From an uncultured archaeon (GTDB taxonomy: Archaea > Asgardarchaeota > Heimdallarchaeia > Heimdallarchaeales > Heimdallarchaeaceae): a stretch of DNA of 64,000 nt. This document shows, piece by piece, positions 58,731 through 64,000 of the stretch; within the stretch, counting starts at the first letter, position 1; every line of letters begins with the position of its first letter. Below the pieces are notes generated by a model that saw nothing but the letters and a program-made list of their open reading frames with translations, searched no databases and was not told the origin of the DNA. Made by a program: the position numbers and the translations under genes. Location of the stretch: positions 1 to 64,000 of the forward strand of contig CAZHRF010000010.1 of NCBI GenBank assembly GCA_964534625.1, given 5' to 3'.

Positions 58731-60197
58731 TTATCCTTTAATGTTACCTATAGGTCTTAATCTTACTATAGGTTTTCCTATATTAGCCACCTTTAATGCT
58801 TTAACAACTTTATCAATGTCTTTATAGGCTATACCAGCTTCTTCAGCTAGACCGGCCATTGAAGCTCCCTTTATGTAGATGCCTTTTTCTCTTAATTCTT
58901 TCAGAAGTGTTTCTCCCCATACTTCTCTCTTTGCTTGACTTCTACTCATTGTTCGTCCAGCACCATGAGCAGTTGAACCAAAACTAACATCCATAGATCC
59001 TTGAGTTCCAGTTAAAACATATGAACCTGTTTCCATTGAACCTCCAATTAAGACTGGTTGTCCGATGTTTTGGTAATCTTTAGGAACTTCTGAATGATTT
59101 GGTGGGAAAGATCTAGTTGCCCCTTTACGATGAACTACAACTTTACGTTTTTCGCCATTAATAGTATGATCTTCAAATTTAGCAATGTTATGAGCAACAT
59201 CATAAACTAGTTTAATGGCAAGTTCATCTTGATCTTTTCCAAAAACTTCAGAAAATACTTTTCGAACATTATTGGTTATAACTTGTCTATTTGCAAAGGC
59301 CATATTAGCTGCACAACTCATAGCTGCGTAATAATCTTGTCCTTCTTCAGACTGAATAGGAGCACTAGCTAATTCTTTATCTCTAATTGGTATATTATAT
59401 TTCTTCATTGCTTTAAGAAAAGACCTTAGGTAATCAGATCCAATTTGATGTCCAAAACCCCTAGAACCACAATGTATCATAATTGTAACATTACCAGGTT
59501 TCAGATTCAATTGTTTAGCTATTTTTTCATCAAAAACATCATTTTCACTCAAAGTTTGTATTTCTAAAAAGTGATTACCAGAGCCTAATGTTCCAACCTG
59601 TTTATAACCCCGATTCATTGCTTTTTGACTTACTGCCGCGGGATTCGCTTGTTCAAGATGTCCTTCATTTTCTGTGTGTCTAACATCTTCTTTAGTCGCA
59701 TAACCATTTTCTTCACACCACTTTGATCCTCGTGTTATAACCCCTTCAAACTCTGATTTACTAATATGTAAAGCCCCTTTTACACCCACACCAGCTGGAA
59801 CCTGTTGAAAAAGTTTTTCAACTAAATGTTTAATTTTAGGCCTTACTTCATCTTCGGCAAGATTAGTTGTCAATAATCTTACACCACAATTAATATCAAA
59901 TCCTATACCTCCTGGGCTTATAACTCCTTCTTCTATATCCATAGCTGCAACGCCTCCAATTGGAAAACCATATCCAACGTGGGCATCGGGAAGTGCCAAA
60001 GAATAATTTTGAACACCAGGTAAAGTAGCTACATTGGTTATTTGGTCAATGACTTTTTTTTCAATAAATTCCTTAATTTCAGGTGTAGCAATAATTCTGG
60101 CAGGAACTTTCATTCCGTTCTTGTAGGAAGTGGGGATTTCCCATGTAAAATCGTTAATTTTCTTCATTTGTATATTATCTAATGACATTAATCTCAA
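58731..60197 (-). CDS. rtcB: RNA-splicing ligase RtcB (no intein)
   Basis: DAHVGYGFPIG, DINCG, GSGNHF, HCGSRG, HN, HRKGA, HGAGR. Confidence 0.97.
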   Translation of the reverse strand: MRLMSLDNIQMKKINDFTWEIPTSYKNGMKVPARIIATPEIKEFIEKKVIDQITNVATLPGVQNYSLALPDAHVGYGFPIGGVAAMDIEEGVISPGGIGFDINCGVRLLTTNLAEDEVRPKIKHLVEKLFQQVPAGVGVKGALHISKSEFEGVITRGSKWCEENGYATKEDVRHTENEGHLEQANPAAVSQKAMNRGYKQVGTLGSGNHFLEIQTLSENDVFDEKIAKQLNLKPGNVTIMIHCGSRGFGHQIGSDYLRSFLKAMKKYNIPIRDKELASAPIQSEEGQDYYAAMSCAANMAFANRQVITNNVRKVFSEVFGKDQDELAIKLVYDVAHNIAKFEDHTINGEKRKVVVHRKGATRSFPPNHSEVPKDYQNIGQPVLIGGSMETGSYVLTGTQGSMDVSFGSTAHGAGRTMSRSQAKREVWGETLLKELREKGIYIKGASMAGLAEEAGIAYKDIDKVVKALKVANIGKPIVRLRPIGNIKG

Positions 60198-60317
60198 ACT
60201 GTAGTAAACTTTATTTTTTAATAAACTCTGTCATTCATCAGTTTTTTGTAAATTCTCATCCATCAAAGTATTTTTTAAAAACTGCTAATATTTTTTATTC
60301 AATAGAATAGTATAAAT

Positions 60318-60758
60318 GTGATAGATATGTATAATATCAATATTTTAGAAGATAGAATTATTGGTGACTTCGAGTTTGAAGTTACCGCTGATTCGCTTAA
60401 TGAATTGTTTACGGGTGCGGGTATTGCTACGGTTAAAGCAATGGTAGATCCTACTTCAATCAGTAATAATAAATCATGGAAAATAGAACTTGAGGAACAA
60501 GATTTAGAATTTTTATTATTTGATTTCTTAAACGAGATTATAGCATTAAAAGATAGTAAAACTGTTCTTTTTAGAGACTTTAGTGTAGATATATCAAAAT
60601 CTGATGAAATGTATATACTTAAAGCCAGTTTTCATGGAGATAAAATAGATTATAATAATACCTCATTATTAACTGATGTAAAAGCTGTTACAATGCATGA
60701 ATTTATCGTTGAAAAAAGAGATGAAATGTGGTTTTGTCACGTTATACTTGATTTATAA
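60318..60758 (+). CDS. Archease
   Basis: LEDRIIGD, LLFDFLNE, VKAVTMH, C-terminal ILDL; adjacent to rtcB. Confidence 0.93.
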   Translation: MIDMYNINILEDRIIGDFEFEVTADSLNELFTGAGIATVKAMVDPTSISNNKSWKIELEEQDLEFLLFDFLNEIIALKDSKTVLFRDFSVDISKSDEMYILKASFHGDKIDYNNTSLLTDVKAVTMHEFIVEKRDEMWFCHVILDL

Positions 60759-60875
60759 ATGAACCCTCACGTTATTCTATGTTGAATTTTTTTACACAGT
60801 AGTTGCTTGATAAAACTTTTAAGTAAACTATCTAACCTAGAACACGATTCAGAGAATCATATGAGGTAAACAAAA

Positions 60876-61286
60876 ATGACTGATGTAATAAAAGTTTTAG
60901 ATAAATATAGCGTTAGAAAAGACTGTTTGTACACTGAAAACCACGAATGGGTTCGCAAAGAAGGCGAAATCTACATTTATGGGATTTCCGACTATGCTCA
61001 ACAAAAACTTGATGCATTAACTTTTGCAGAAGTTCCTGACGAAGGTTCTTCTTTTGATAAAGGAGAGGATATGGGTTTTGTCGAAGCACTAAAAACAACC
61101 GAAGACTATTATGCGCCTTTTGACTGTGAAGTTGTTGAAGCTAACAAAGACTTAGAAGAAGATGCTGAAGTTATAAATGATTCACCCTATGAAGATGGAT
61201 GGATTGTTAAGATCAAAGCATTAGGTGAAGTAGAAGGATTACTTTCAGCTGAAGATTACGTAGAATTTATTAAAAATAATGAATAG
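60876..61286 (+). CDS. gcvH: Glycine cleavage system H protein
   Basis: YTENHEW, GISDYAQ, VEALK lipoyl-Lys, IN.SPYEDGW. Confidence 0.95.
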   Translation: MTDVIKVLDKYSVRKDCLYTENHEWVRKEGEIYIYGISDYAQQKLDALTFAEVPDEGSSFDKGEDMGFVEALKTTEDYYAPFDCEVVEANKDLEEDAEVINDSPYEDGWIVKIKALGEVEGLLSAEDYVEFIKNNE

Positions 61287-62694
61287 GAGCAAAAACTCTA
61301 TGAACAATTTTTCGCACCCTTATCTTGGCAATTCTTCACAAGATATTCAAGAAATGCTAGATTTTTTAGGACTAAAATCTGTTGAAGATCTTTTTGCAGA
61401 TATTCCTGACTCAATCAAATTTAAAGGAAAACTAACCAAAATCCCTCATTTTACGAGTGAATATGACGTTCTTCAACACATTGAAAAAACTCTCGCAAAC
61501 AATATAACAACTCGAGAGTTTCACTCATTTTTAGGGGGCGGAATTCTTGACGTATATATTCCAGCTTCACAAGACGAACTACTACGCCGTTCTGAGTTTT
61601 ATTCTGCATATACACCGTATCAACCCGAGATAAGCCAAGGTATGCTTCAAAGTTTATTCGAATATCAGAGTTATATGTGTGAATTATTAGAGATGGACAT
61701 TTCTAACTCTTCATTATATGATTGGGCAACAGCACTAGGTGAATCTGCCCTTATGTGTGCACGTATAACTGGAAAAAACAAGTTCTTATATACACAAGCT
61801 ATTTCTCCGCACAGATTGAAAGTTTTGGAGAACTACACCAAAGGGGCAGATATACAATTAATACCAATTCCTTATAATCCGACTACTGGAAAAATGGATA
61901 TTGAGAAGGCTAAAGAATTAATTGATGATGAAACAGCTGGAGTGTATTTTGAGAATCCAAACTATTTTGGGATAATTGAAGACAATATCCAGGAGATTAC
62001 AGATTTTCTTAAAGATAAAAAAGCCTTAGCAGTAGCAGGAGTTGAACTTTCGACTCTTGGAATTATGGAAGCACCAGGTAATTATGGTGCAGATGTAGCA
62101 ATTGGAGAAGGACAAACAATTGGTTCAGGACCGTTAAGTTTTGGAGGACCACTACTTGGGGTATTCACAATGAAATTTGAAAGAAGATGGATACGCCATG
62201 CACCAGGTAGAATTGTAGGTCAAACCATCACTCAAAATGAAGGAGAAGTTGCATACGTAAATACATTACAAACACGAGAGCAACATATACGAAGAGAAAA
62301 AGCAACAAGTAATATCTGTACTAATCAAGCATTAGCCGCTGTTAGTACAACCATCCACTTGTCATTGCTTGGACCTCAAGGTCTTCGAGAAACGGGTGAA
62401 AATATGTATTATAATGCCCACTACTTGGCTGATGAGCTAAGAAAAGCAGGAATAGATCTAAAATATTCTGGGGGATTTTTCAATTCGTTTGTGATAGATT
62501 TGAATATTGCAGAGAATATCAGAGAAGATTTTGTCAAGTACATGATTAGTAAAAAGATTTTCCCGGGCATTCCAATACTCAATGAAGATGGTTCTGCGGA
62601 TTATTTAGTTACTACTAGTTATTTGTTAAAAAAGGATAGTCTGGATACATTTGTTAAAGCATTAGTTGAATGGAGGAATGGAAATGGAATATAG
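61279..62694 (+). CDS. gcvPA: Glycine dehydrogenase subunit 1
   Basis: FLGGG, YTPYQPEISQG, NSSLYD, QTREQHIRREKATSNICTN. Confidence 0.96.
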   Translation: MNRSKNSMNNFSHPYLGNSSQDIQEMLDFLGLKSVEDLFADIPDSIKFKGKLTKIPHFTSEYDVLQHIEKTLANNITTREFHSFLGGGILDVYIPASQDELLRRSEFYSAYTPYQPEISQGMLQSLFEYQSYMCELLEMDISNSSLYDWATALGESALMCARITGKNKFLYTQAISPHRLKVLENYTKGADIQLIPIPYNPTTGKMDIEKAKELIDDETAGVYFENPNYFGIIEDNIQEITDFLKDKKALAVAGVELSTLGIMEAPGNYGADVAIGEGQTIGSGPLSFGGPLLGVFTMKFERRWIRHAPGRIVGQTITQNEGEVAYVNTLQTREQHIRREKATSNICTNQALAAVSTTIHLSLLGPQGLRETGENMYYNAHYLADELRKAGIDLKYSGGFFNSFVIDLNIAENIREDFVKYMISKKIFPGIPILNEDGSADYLVTTSYLLKKDSLDTFVKALVEWRNGNGI

Positions 62695-64000
62695 ACAAGC
62701 AAGGCACAATGAACCACTAATATTTGAGCTAAGCAAAAAGGGGAGAAGAGCATCTTTTCCAACACAGACAGATGTTCCAAAAAAAGATATCACTATACCC
62801 AAAAATATGCTGAGAAAAAACTCACCTTTACTACCAGAAATGAGTGAAGGAGAAGTTTATCGCCATTTCTTGAAACTCTCACAAATGAATTATGCAATTG
62901 ATGTGGGAACTTACCCATTAGGCTCTTGTACAATGAAATTCAATCCAAAAATTAACGAAACAGTAGCGAGATTACCAAAAATAGCATATACACATCCCGC
63001 ACAACCTTGTGAAACTGTACAAGGAGTTCTAAAAATCTTGTATGACCTTCAGAATGCTTTAAGTGAATTAGCAGGTCTACCCCATTGTACTCTTCAACCA
63101 GCTGCAGGTGCTCAAGGTGAATATGTTGGATTAGCACTAATTCGAGCATACCATCATGATCATGGCGATACGCAAAGAGATGAAATTATTGTTCCTGATG
63201 CTAGTCATGGTACTAACCCAGCTAGCTCGTCCATGAATGGGTTCAAAACCATTGTAATTTCAACCAACGAGAAAGGACAAGTTGATCTTGATGAACTCAA
63301 AGCCGCTGTATCAGAGAAAACAGCGGGATTAATGTTAACTAATCCCAATACTATTGGTATCTTTGAATCCAAAATTGAGGAAATTGCAAAAATTGTTAAG
63401 GAAGAAGGTGGGCTTTTGTACTATGACGGTGCGAATTTTAATGCGATAATGGGGAAAATCCGTCCAGGTGACATGGGATTTGATGTATTGCACTATAATC
63501 TACATAAAACTTTTTCTACACCTCACGGCGGTGGTGGTCCAGGGGTCGGGGCAGTTTGTTGTTCTAATGAACTTGCTCCATATTTACCAATTCCTATAAT
63601 AGAAATTGATGATGAAAAAGGCATTTATACAGCGAATTACGAGAAACCGAAGTCTATAGGAAAAATCCATGGGTTCTATGGTAATATAGGCGTATGTATA
63701 AGAGCATATGCATATATTTGCGCCTTGGGTAAAGAAGGACTGAAAAAAGTGGCAGAACATGCTGTTCTTGTTTCTAACTATATGTTACGAAACATGGAGA
63801 AGATTGAAGGGCTAAACTTAACTTATGCTCCAGAGACCCCTCGAAAACACGAATTTGTCCTTTCTGCAGATGAACTTAAGAAAGAATATAACATTTCAGC
63901 AATGGATGTTGCCAAACTGTTATTAAATAAAGGTTTGCATGCACCTACAGTTTATTTCCCCTTGAACATACATGAGGCATTGATGGTTGAACCAACAGAA
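62684..64000 (+). CDS. gcvPB: Glycine dehydrogenase subunit 2 (runs off window end; absent from the ORF track)
   Basis: GGAGG SD then MEYRQARHNEPLIFELS; PLGSCTMK, QPAAGAQGE, HGTNPAS, NLHKTFSTPHGGGGPG. Confidence 0.96.
   Translation, partial: MEYRQARHNEPLIFELSKKGRRASFPTQTDVPKKDITIPKNMLRKNSPLLPEMSEGEVYRHFLKLSQMNYAIDVGTYPLGSCTMKFNPKINETVARLPKIAYTHPAQPCETVQGVLKILYDLQNALSELAGLPHCTLQPAAGAQGEYVGLALIRAYHHDHGDTQRDEIIVPDASHGTNPASSSMNGFKTIVISTNEKGQVDLDELKAAVSEKTAGLMLTNPNTIGIFESKIEEIAKIVKEEGGLLYYDGANFNAIMGKIRPGDMGFDVLHYNLHKTFSTPHGGGGPGVGAVCCSNELAPYLPIPIIEIDDEKGIYTANYEKPKSIGKIHGFYGNIGVCIRAYAYICALGKEGLKKVAEHAVLVSNYMLRNMEKIEGLNLTYAPETPRKHEFVLSADELKKEYNISAMDVAKLLLNKGLHAPTVYFPLNIHEALMVEPTE

Noticed and set aside
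58731-60197. Intein in RtcB
   Set aside because: Length is about 485 aa with contiguous motifs; no insertion
60318-60758. Archease lacking the N-terminal His (LEDRIIGD) as an inactive variant
   Set aside because: Key Asp, the VKAVT.H motif and the C-terminal Asp are intact; His-less variants are to my recollection common

Overview
AT-rich (roughly 30% GC by eye), gene-dense archaeal chromosome segment, most likely an Asgard archaeon (Heimdallarchaeia-like). That assignment is inferred from the intron-containing C1-G72 tRNA-Tyr, split ADP-forming acyl-CoA synthetases, PDO, PAC2, archease, and longin/uDENN-like, CdvA-like and TPR proteins. Housekeeping content: a nine-gene purine biosynthesis operon (purC-purS fusion, purQ, L, E, B, M, N, F, D) with a divergent HTH-PRTase regulator; a glycine cleavage system (gcvT ... 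gcvH, gcvPA, gcvPB) interrupted by an RNA/nucleic-acid maintenance block (RbgA-like GTPase, TatD, DHH, RtcB, archease); a long-form urocanate hydratase; two ACD alpha/beta pairs; SOR, AlaX, YjjX and NifU. The best candidate for an undescribed system is 10.9-23.0 kb. It has an AbrB-ACT and a double-wHTH regulator, then a structured 560-bp non-coding region (a rod-like RNA hairpin plus a 178-bp element with terminal inverted repeats and a 5-bp flanking repeat, associated with two SD-sequestered mini-ORFs). A tightly coupled seven-gene MoxR AAA+/DUF58 operon follows, whose other five genes are all unknown membrane or surface proteins. The window also begins in what looks like the 3' end of a TnpB/IS200-IS605-type element, and a solo IS605-like right end lies at about 47.9 kb. 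All calls come from motif recognition by eye; no searches were run.
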